Shown: piece by piece, positions 1-7,040 of the stretch
Position numbering within the stretch: position 1 is the stretch's first letter
Layout of the letters: each line of letters begins with the position of its first letter
DNA from: Chlamydiia bacterium
GTDB taxonomy: Bacteria > Chlamydiota > Chlamydiia > Chlamydiales > 2-12-FULL-49-11
Reading direction: 5' to 3'
NCBI GenBank assembly: GCA_044359535.1
Contig: JBIKLZ010000012.1
Coordinates: 1 to 28,544 of the forward strand
DNA: 28,544 nucleotides
Notes under the pieces: model-generated
Database searches by the model: none
What the model was told of the DNA's origin: nothing
Seen by the model: only the letters and a program-made list of their open reading frames with translations
Translations under genes and position numbers: made by a program

Positions 1-1111
1 CTCCTAAATCGGTTGTGATGGCATTACAAAGGGGGGTAGAGACAATGGTTGTAATACAGGCCCAATTGTGTAAACCCTCTTTATGGGTAGCTAAAAAATA
101 AAGAAAAAGAATCCCAAGCTCATTGCCTGTAAAGGTATATATTTTTTTATCTTTGTGCATTGATACACTGAGTCGATCACTATCTGGATCTGAAATTAAA
201 AGTAGATCCCCATCGGTTCTTTTTAATGTTTCTATGCCAGAGGCCCTTGCCTCCTTTGTTTCTGGATTGGGGGTTTTTGTAGTAGGAAAATCCCCATCCG
301 GCTCCTTTTGGTTTTCTACCAACTCAATATTTTCAAATCCCCATAATTTTAAAGCGTCGGGGATCATCGTAATTCCGGCTCCATGCAGGGGGGAGTAACA
401 AATTTTTAGCTTTTTCCCATATACCTCATTATCATGCTTAAATAAAGATTCATCGTATAAGGTCTCTAAATAAGCCATTTCTACAGATCTATCAATGATG
501 TGAATCAGAGGGGAGTTTTCTGCGCTTAACGGAATTTTTGTCACATCTGTAACAGACTCAATTTCTTCGATGATTTTCTTATCATGGGGGCTGACAACTT
601 GTCCTCCATCGCTCCAATAGACTTTATAGCCGTTGTACTCTTTTGGATTGTGCGAAGCTGTGATATTGACCCCAGAAATAGCTCCAAGATGACGTATTGC
701 AAAGGAACAAAAGGGTGTTGGGCGCAAATCCTTAGTAATATGAACTGTAATCCCATTTCCAGCAAGGACATAGGCTGTTTGCAAAGCAAACTCTCTAGAG
801 TGATTTCGGCAATCATGACAAACAACAACCCCCTTTTTCCACATCTCTTTAGGGTGTTTAAGGATGTAATTAGCTAGACCTTGTGTCACTTGAGAAATGG
901 TGTATTTATTGATCCGAGCGGGCCCAACACCCATTTTTTCGCGCATTCCCCCTGTCCCAAATTCAATATGGCCAGAAAATGCCTCTATAGCGTCGTCTCT
1001 ATCCTTAGAAATAAGTTCCTTGACCTCATTTCTTGTTTCAAGATCGTAAGGAGCTTTAAGCCACTGCTTTATCGTTTCTTCAGTAGTTTTTTTCATCTCC
1101 TTTTTGCCCAT
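1..1111 (-). CDS. Phospho-sugar mutase (phosphoglucomutase/phosphomannomutase family), 3' end runs off the window
   Basis: Absent from the ORF track because it has no stop in the window. Manual translation of parts of the frame from ATG 1111 gives MGKKEMKKTTEETIKQWL...IEFGTGGMREKMGVGPARINKYTISQVTQGLANY, the catalytic ITASHNP and the metal-binding DPDSDR. An AGAGGGG SD lies upstream; alternative start at 1096. Confidence 0.93.
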   Translation of the reverse strand, partial: MGKKEMKKTTEETIKQWLKAPYDLETRNEVKELISKDRDDAIEAFSGHIEFGTGGMREKMGVGPARINKYTISQVTQGLANYILKHPKEMWKKGVVVCHDCRNHSREFALQTAYVLAGNGITVHITKDLRPTPFCSFAIRHLGAISGVNITASHNPKEYNGYKVYWSDGGQVVSPHDKKIIEEIESVTDVTKIPLSAENSPLIHIIDRSVEMAYLETLYDESLFKHDNEVYGKKLKICYSPLHGAGITMIPDALKLWGFENIELVENQKEPDGDFPTTKTPNPETKEARASGIETLKRTDGDLLLISDPDSDRLSVSMHKDKKIYTFTGNELGILFLYFLATHKEGLHNWACITTIVSTPLCNAITTDLG

Positions 1112-1187
1112 CTTAACCCCTCTTTAAAGATTATCTAGCCATAGAAAATAGAATTTCACAAGAAAAAGAACCCTTTTTTCCACATTT

Positions 1188-1862
1188 CTAAGGGTTATGT
1201 GACGTTAAAGTCCCTTTTAGAGCTTTTTTTAAGGATTCAATGTCATTGCCCACAATATACTTTAGGTTTGCTTCAATCTGTTCTATTGAAAAGTTCCACC
1301 ACTGTATCTTTAAAAGGGCTTGAATAGTTTCTTCATCAAAACGCTTTCGAATCAATCTTGCTGGATTTCCAGCAACAATAGAATAGGGGGCCACATCTTT
1401 AGTCACAACACTTCTTGTTCCAATAATAGCCCCATCACCAATGTGGACTCCAGGTAGAACAGTCACATCATGTCCAAACCAAACATCACTACCTATAAAG
1501 GTGTCCTTTTTAATCGGATAGGTGGCATTATAAAGTTCTGACCATGGTTTTCCAAAGGCGTTGAAAGGGAAGGTGGAAAAGCCATTCATATGATGATTTG
1601 CACTATTAGAAATAAAAACGGTCCCTTGCCCTATTTGACAAAATTTTCCGATAGTTAAAGTTTCAGAAAGTCCTTCGAAAAGATAAGGGGCAATTAATGT
1701 TCTATAATCATCAATTCCCTTTCTAAAATCATGATAGTAGGTGTGATCGCCTATAAAAATATTCTTTTGCTCGATCACATTTTTTAAATAAACCATATTT
1801 GGATACAATGAACCGTCTGGATTTATAAAAGGGTAGGTTTCATTTGGATTTCTAGCCTTCAT
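1188..1862 (-). CDS. Vat/CatB-family xenobiotic O-acetyltransferase (streptogramin A acetyltransferase-like, hexapeptide repeat)
   Basis: Motifs NIFIGDHTYY, LTIGKFCQI, SANH (catalytic His region), GFSTFPF, IGSDVWFG, IGDGAIIG, VVTKDVAPYSIVAGNPARLIRKRF and LLKIQWW. GGAGG SD; ATGA overlap with the upstream gene. Confidence 0.9.
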   Translation of the reverse strand: MKARNPNETYPFINPDGSLYPNMVYLKNVIEQKNIFIGDHTYYHDFRKGIDDYRTLIAPYLFEGLSETLTIGKFCQIGQGTVFISNSANHHMNGFSTFPFNAFGKPWSELYNATYPIKKDTFIGSDVWFGHDVTVLPGVHIGDGAIIGTRSVVTKDVAPYSIVAGNPARLIRKRFDEETIQALLKIQWWNFSIEQIEANLKYIVGNDIESLKKALKGTLTSHNP

Positions 1863-2278
1863 ACTTGCCTCCGAATTTCTTCAATCTCTTCTTTAGAAAA
1901 GGTTTTTCCCCCATTATAATTGATCCCTTCACAGTATGCCACCTCTTCATCCCAACTTGCTTTGGTTTTAATCACCTCATCCCAAAAAGGATAGACACGA
2001 CATTGTTTAGGGCGGGCATTATAAAGACGGCATTTTCGATCCTTTAAAAAGACACAATCATAGGTCTTTGGATCCTCAATTAAACTGATTTTTTTCCCCA
2101 CTTTTCTGCAATAGGTGGCTAAAAATGTCTCTCTATCTACTTTTAAATAATCCATAAGTCTTTGGATATCGCTTTCTTCGAGCCAAACAAAACCTTCAGC
2201 TCCAGTACAACATGCCCCACAGCCTGTACATTTAAAAGTTAATCCTTTGTCTTCTATCCACATCGGGAGCTTATTCAT
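1859..2278 (-). CDS. YkgJ-family cysteine-cluster (Fe-S/Zn) protein
   Basis: Motifs FKCTGCGACC, CVFL...C.LY.ARPKQCRVYPFW and CEGI. Start moved to ATG 2278 (AAGG upstream, 8-nt overlap with the icc-like gene). Confidence 0.88.
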   Translation of the reverse strand: MNKLPMWIEDKGLTFKCTGCGACCTGAEGFVWLEESDIQRLMDYLKVDRETFLATYCRKVGKKISLIEDPKTYDCVFLKDRKCRLYNARPKQCRVYPFWDEVIKTKASWDEEVAYCEGINYNGGKTFSKEEIEEIRRQV

Positions 2279-3053
2279 AGTATTGAACCTTTTTGTAGGA
2301 AAAATCATCCTTTAATAATGTAATTTCATGATAGGTATAGCAAATTGTAGTTTGTGAGCTGTTAATAGCATAAAGATTTCCCCCCATCTTTACAACCTCT
2401 GTTTTGTGAGTGTGACCATGAAGATAAAGAACATTGTGAGGGTGCTTTTCTAAAATCCCTCTACACTCTTGTCCATGAATAAGCTTGTGGGAAGCTCCGT
2501 TGTCTGTCAATGAGAAATGGTTTGCAACAATTACATTTTTTAAGCCTTGGAGAAGGCTTTCTAGAGCTATTTTTTGAGAAGGGGGAAATAGGCCATTGGC
2601 GTTTAAAGGGGTATTTAAAAAGGTGTTATCTAGAAGGATGAGATCCCACTCTGGGGTTATTTTTTTATGAAAGAACCCTTCTTTTGAAAATGTTCTCCCT
2701 AACGATAGTTCGGAGTAAAAGGTTTTTTCATAAAAGGATTTTTTTGTGTATGTGTCGTGATTTCCAGGAAGGGTATAGACCTGTATTTCTGCATCTAAAA
2801 GCTTTTGGATAAATTCCTTTGCAAGAGCAAACTCTTTAGGATCGGCTGTGGTTGTAAAATCTCCTGAGATAATAACACTTTCTATTTCATCTTTTATTAA
2901 GCTAGAGAGACATAAATCTAAATAGTCTGTAATAAAGATTCTTTTTCTCCGAAGATGGGCATTTAAATAGCCAATCATTGCCCTACCCCAAAGGTGAGAA
3001 AGGGTGGTTTTTCCAGAAAAAAAGTGAATATCTGAAAGGTGAGCTATTTTCAT
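2271..3053 (-). CDS. Calcineurin-like metallophosphoesterase (Icc/CpdA-like)
   Basis: All five motifs present: DIH, GDF, GNHD, NH and GHTH. Position upstream of murF resembles the chlamydial icc-like gene. Confidence 0.88.
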   Translation of the reverse strand: MKIAHLSDIHFFSGKTTLSHLWGRAMIGYLNAHLRRKRIFITDYLDLCLSSLIKDEIESVIISGDFTTTADPKEFALAKEFIQKLLDAEIQVYTLPGNHDTYTKKSFYEKTFYSELSLGRTFSKEGFFHKKITPEWDLILLDNTFLNTPLNANGLFPPSQKIALESLLQGLKNVIVANHFSLTDNGASHKLIHGQECRGILEKHPHNVLYLHGHTHKTEVVKMGGNLYAINSSQTTICYTYHEITLLKDDFSYKKVQYYE

Positions 3054-3084
3054 ACAAAGTACAATAGCATGTTTTCAGATTAAT

Positions 3085-3462
3085 TTAAGAGGCTTTTTTC
3101 CACTGCTGTTTTAGATCCTTTCGAGCCCTTTCACTGCTTTTTTGTTGGCCCCCTAAATTCCACTTTTTGAGTTTTTTATCCTCATAAACCTTTGCATTCA
3201 TGATCTTTGTCTCTTGGTGTTCAAAAAAACCTTTGGTGGCTCCGTTTGATGGGTGTAAATGATCTTTAAAAACTTTATGTTCAATGTCTTTTTTAAATGT
3301 TAAAAGGGTTTTTCGAACACGTTCTTTGTTAAACGGTTCTAATGCTAATGAAAAAGTTATTTCTTGAGGTGTCCTTGGGTTATCTTTAGAAAGATCTCTC
3401 TGAGAAGCTCTTCTTACCGCTTTTTTTTGTGTCTTTTTGATACGATGTGGTTTATTTCCCAT
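3085..3462 (-). CDS. Hypothetical basic (Lys/Arg-rich) protein
   Basis: 125-aa ORF filling the gap between neighbours, with an AAAGGA SD and a TTGCAA-16-TATGAT promoter candidate upstream. No recognised family. Confidence 0.65.
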   Translation of the reverse strand: MGNKPHRIKKTQKKAVRRASQRDLSKDNPRTPQEITFSLALEPFNKERVRKTLLTFKKDIEHKVFKDHLHPSNGATKGFFEHQETKIMNAKVYEDKKLKKWNLGGQQKSSERARKDLKQQWKKAS

Positions 3463-3525
3463 GTGGCCATCCTTTGTTGAACTAAATCATAGTCAGGGGT
3501 CAAAAGGTTGCAAGAAAAAAATCGG

Positions 3526-4401
3526 TTACATTTCTATACTATTGGTTTTTACAAGGTTAGAAAACCCCTTAATCACTTTATCGACAGAGATAAGTCTTTC
3601 TTTGGCTCTTGGAATCCATTTTGGAGGGGTGATAAAAGAGCTTCGAAGCCATCCAGGGGTGTGAATAGAAGCCGGCCTTTTTTGTTTAGTGACAATAAGA
3701 GTAGGGATTTGAAGATTAGAAGCAAGATGACAAAAATCTGAATCAGGGCCAATAAAGAAGCCTGATTCATAAAGCAAAATAGCCCCTTCAGCTGAACACT
3801 CTGTTTCTAGATAGAAGGGTTCAAAACCAAGGAGTTCTAGAGCCTTTTTAATCTTTTCATATTTTTTTTGGATATTTTTTGAAGGGACGATGGCCACCTT
3901 TTTTTTATGTTTTCTATGGATGAGATGTTTTAGGGGCAAAAGCCCATTATTTTTTGAATGTTGTTTTACACAAAGAAGGGATGCAATGGCTAAGGAAATG
4001 TTTTCAACCATAGGGAGCGATTTATTAAAAACACGATCAAGGGGGGTAAGGGTTGGATGGGTCATTTTTCTATATTCAGGATAGAAAACAGAAAGAAGCG
4101 TTTGTTTACTTGTTCTAAAGTGAGCAATTAATTCTTTGCATAAAGGAGAATTGTCGTACTGCAAGATAATAAGGTCATATTTAGCAAATTCTTCAAAGAG
4201 ACAATCATCTTCATCCAAAGCAATGATGGTATGAGAAGGAAACCACACTTTGAGGCGACAAAGACTTTTATGATAGGTGGAAACTTCAGCCCCTTCATAA
4301 AGCAATCTGTGGGAGGCAACCATCATCATCAAGCCATGTTGAAGAGAAGGGGAGGGGACAATAGCAACTTTCTTTTTCTTTCTTGTACTTTGTTGGGTCA
4401 T
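3526..4401 (-). CDS. Glycosyltransferase family 9 (heptosyltransferase-like), divergent
   Basis: C-terminal FFIGPDSDFCHLASNLQIPTL resembles the GT9 signature IGNDSGxxHLAxALxxPT; size fits a GT-B fold. Confidence 0.7.
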   Translation of the reverse strand: MTQQSTRKKKKVAIVPSPSLQHGLMMMVASHRLLYEGAEVSTYHKSLCRLKVWFPSHTIIALDEDDCLFEEFAKYDLIILQYDNSPLCKELIAHFRTSKQTLLSVFYPEYRKMTHPTLTPLDRVFNKSLPMVENISLAIASLLCVKQHSKNNGLLPLKHLIHRKHKKKVAIVPSKNIQKKYEKIKKALELLGFEPFYLETECSAEGAILLYESGFFIGPDSDFCHLASNLQIPTLIVTKQKRPASIHTPGWLRSSFITPPKWIPRAKERLISVDKVIKGFSNLVKTNSIEM

Positions 4402-4447
4402 ATGATTTACTATATCGAGAAAAAAGATTCTTGAAAAGGGGGGAATA

Positions 4448-5287
4448 ATGAAGGGTTTTTGGATCCTCTGTATGTCAGTGCTGTTTTGTTTTGGAGAGCG
4501 ATTAAATTATGCACCCAAGATAAAAGATCCTCCGGAAGAAAAAATGTTTGTGATTGTCATTGCCTCATATAACAATGAAAAATATGTTGAAGAGAATTTA
4601 AAAAGTATCTTTTCACAAGACTACCCCCGTTATAGAGTGATTTATACAAACGATGCCTCTTTAGACAATACAAAAGGGGTGGTTTTTGATTTTATTGAAA
4701 AAAATCATTGCGAGGAAAAGTTTACCTATATTGAAAATGAAATAAATCAAGGGGCAATGTACAACTACTACACAATGGTTTCAATGTGCAGTAATGATGA
4801 AATTGTGGTCATTGTCGATGGGGATGATAGACTTTTTCATAATGGGGTTTTAACTCGCTTAAATCAAGCCTATGCCGATGATCATGTTTGGATGACTTAC
4901 GGTCAAGATACCTCAGAACTTTTCCCTGAAGGTCATAGTAAAGCGACCCCAATCTCCTATCTAATTGACGGTTCATTTCGTCAATTATCCTATCGCTGGA
5001 GCCATCTTCGAAGCTATTATGCTGGGCTGTTTAAGACTATTCCAAAACAGATGTGGACTCATCAAGGAAAATTTTTTCCTATGGCACAAGATATCGCCCA
5101 AATCTGCTTTTTAATGGATCGAGCTTGCGAACATGTCTATTTTATCCCCGATATTTTATATCTGTATAATCCTGAAAATCCAATCAATGAATTTAGAAAG
5201 GATGGGCGCAGGCAAAATTACTTTTTCAAAATTATAATGGGTAAGCCTCACTTAAAAAGGCTTTATTCTAAAGAAGAGTTTTTATAA
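4448..5287 (+). CDS. Glycosyltransferase family 2 with an N-terminal hydrophobic, signal-like segment
   Basis: VIVIASYNNEKYVEENLKSIFSQDY, NDASLD, NQGA and the DxD-type VDGDD. G-rich SD upstream. Confidence 0.88.
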   Translation: MKGFWILCMSVLFCFGERLNYAPKIKDPPEEKMFVIVIASYNNEKYVEENLKSIFSQDYPRYRVIYTNDASLDNTKGVVFDFIEKNHCEEKFTYIENEINQGAMYNYYTMVSMCSNDEIVVIVDGDDRLFHNGVLTRLNQAYADDHVWMTYGQDTSELFPEGHSKATPISYLIDGSFRQLSYRWSHLRSYYAGLFKTIPKQMWTHQGKFFPMAQDIAQICFLMDRACEHVYFIPDILYLYNPENPINEFRKDGRRQNYFFKIIMGKPHLKRLYSKEEFL

Positions 5288-6057
5288 AAGGATTGTTTTT
5301 TTCTTCCGGTAAGTTGTGCGGCAATAGTTGCTGCATCTTTTGTAGAAAGGGATTGAGTTAAAACATTCATCAATAGGTCATCTTCAAAATCAAGGGTCTT
5401 TTTTCTTAAAGCACCTTTAATAAGGAGACAAAATTCTCCCCGTGTTAAGGAATCTGTGTATAGATGAACTTCTTCAGGGGTTAAAATGAACAACCCCTCA
5501 TGTATTTTAGAGAGCTCTTTAGCTACATAGATCGTTGTTTTTTTTGGAAAGAGGGAAAGGGTGTCAATGATTCGATGGGGGGATTCAAAAAAGATAGAGA
5601 CCCCATCGTAGTGTAAAATTTCATCAATTAAAAGGGTTTTTTCAGAGAGCTTTTTTGGAAAAAAACCTAAGAATTGGAAACGATTGTACTCAAGCCCTGA
5701 TAGAGAAAGTGCTGTAGGTATCGATGAAGGTCCAGGCAAAGAGGTGACGGGGAGTTTTTTTTGATGAAGGAGGGAAATTAAATGAGCTCCAGGATCATTG
5801 ATCGAGGGGGTCCCGGCATCAGAAACTAAACAAATCTTTTTACCTAAGGAAATATCTTGAATAATGGCTTCTTCAACCTTTCGTTCATTATGTTTATGAA
5901 AAACGACAAGTTTTTTTGATAATTGAAAGTGATGTAACAAAAACCCTGTTTTTCGAGAATCCTCACAAAGGATGTAATCACAGTCTTTAAGGGCTTCTAA
6001 AGTGCGTAGGGTAATATCTTTTAAATTACCAATTGGAGTTGGGCAAATGATCAACAT
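5263..6057 (-). CDS. rsmI: 16S rRNA (cytidine1402-2'-O)-methyltransferase
   Basis: PTPIGNLKDITLR, CEDSR, VSDAGTPSINDPG, FESPHR, KELSKIHE and RGEF. Its 3' end overlaps the GT2 gene convergently by 25 bp. Confidence 0.95.
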   Translation of the reverse strand: MLIICPTPIGNLKDITLRTLEALKDCDYILCEDSRKTGFLLHHFQLSKKLVVFHKHNERKVEEAIIQDISLGKKICLVSDAGTPSINDPGAHLISLLHQKKLPVTSLPGPSSIPTALSLSGLEYNRFQFLGFFPKKLSEKTLLIDEILHYDGVSIFFESPHRIIDTLSLFPKKTTIYVAKELSKIHEGLFILTPEEVHLYTDSLTRGEFCLLIKGALRKKTLDFEDDLLMNVLTQSLSTKDAATIAAQLTGRKKQSFYKNSSLE

Positions 6058-6149
6058 GAAAAGAGTCTAACAGAAGGCTCTATTTTTAGTGTGAACATTT
6101 TTAGTGACCTTAAAAAATGGTTTGACGATAACCCTCTTACAAAAATTCA

Positions 6150-6179
6150 ATGACATTAATTCACTGAAGGTAGTATACT
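6150..6179 (+). promoter_or_regulatory. Putative sigma70/sigma66 promoter of tRNA-Cys
   Basis: ATGACA (6150-6155), 18-bp spacer, TATACT (6174-6179), ending 11 nt before the tRNA. Confidence 0.5.
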
Positions 6180-6190
6180 CTTTTGTTTAT

Positions 6191-6261
6191 GGTGGCATAG
6201 CCAAGTGGTAAGGCCGTGGCCTGCAAAGCCTCTATCCCCAGTTCGAATCTGGGTGCCACCT
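6191..6261 (+). tRNA. tRNA-Cys (GCA), CCA not encoded
   Basis: Acceptor stem GGTGGCA/TGCCACC with U discriminator; D arm GCC-AAGTGGTAA-GGC; anticodon loop CTGCAAA (GCA at 6223-6225); T arm CCCAG-TTCGAAT-CTGGG. Confidence 0.97.
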
Positions 6262-6303
6262 TTTTTTCTTTTCATTCATCTCATATTAGGGTATAATTGA
6301 GTC

Positions 6304-7008
6304 ATGAATAGAGTAAAATCCTTTTTTAAACCTACACTTTTTTTTGCCTTTTTTTCCCTTTTGATAACGCTTCTTTATACAACTGGGTGTTTTGAATATT
6401 TTAAATGGTCTGTATGGAAAGACATCCATGGGGATATTAAAGAGTTTGTCTCTCTACATCTTTGGATTTCGGTTTTTTTTGCTGCCCTATCCTATGTGGT
6501 TGTTATTTTAACATTTTTACCCGGACTTTTACTCCTTGATCTTTTAATTGGATATATGTTCCCTCAAACTCTTGGGGTTTTAATCATCGGGACAAGTGCT
6601 GTCGTCGGTGCTATGGTTATTGTCTCTGCTTGTCGATTTGGATTTAAAAACTTTTTTTTAAAAAATGATAATAAATTGTTGAAAAAGATTCAAAAAGGAT
6701 TTTCAGAAAATGAAACAATGTACCTGTTGTTTTTGCGTTTTGTCCCTTTTTTCCCTTTTGCCCTTGTTTCAGCAGGGCTTTCTACCCTCCCTGTGTCGTA
6801 TAAAAAGATTGCAATCACAACCTTTATTGGGATGATGCCTCTTGCCTTTGTTTTAACAAGTGTGGGGCGCTCATTTGGAGAATTAATGAAATTAGAGGCA
6901 ATGCCCAAGTTTACAGAGATTGTCTCTGAGGAGATAATGATTGCTTTTTTTGTCTTATCAATGATTAGTGTTTTACCTGTATTGATCAAGCGTTTTGTGA
7001 AATCATAG
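6304..7008 (+). CDS. TVP38/TMEM64 (VTT domain, DedA superfamily) membrane protein
   Basis: Multi-pass hydrophobic protein with FLPG, IGYMF and the signature LFLRFVPFFPF, followed by TTFIGMMP. Confidence 0.85.
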   Translation: MNRVKSFFKPTLFFAFFSLLITLLYTTGCFEYFKWSVWKDIHGDIKEFVSLHLWISVFFAALSYVVVILTFLPGLLLLDLLIGYMFPQTLGVLIIGTSAVVGAMVIVSACRFGFKNFFLKNDNKLLKKIQKGFSENETMYLLFLRFVPFFPFALVSAGLSTLPVSYKKIAITTFIGMMPLAFVLTSVGRSFGELMKLEAMPKFTEIVSEEIMIAFFVLSMISVLPVLIKRFVKS

Positions 7009-7034
7009 ACGAAATTATCCCTATTTAGTATCCT
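7006..7034 (+). promoter_or_regulatory. Putative promoter of murF (leaderless geometry)
   Basis: TAGACG (7006-7011), 17 bp, TATCCT (7029-7034), 6 nt, ATG 7041; no SD. Confidence 0.55.
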
Positions 7035-7040
7035 CCAGAT

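Noticed and set aside
123-1138. Short ORFs 123-398, 541-828, 584-877 and 881-1138
   Set aside because: All are shadows of the minus-strand phospho-sugar mutase, which the ORF track missed because it runs off the window.
5263-5287. 25-bp convergent overlap of the GT2 gene and rsmI
   Set aside because: Short tail-to-tail overlaps are common in compact genomes; nothing suggests a regulatory role.
3085-6261. Possible genomic island anchored at tRNA-Cys
   Set aside because: No integrase or transposase, no duplicated tRNA 3' end seen, and the housekeeping gene rsmI lies inside.
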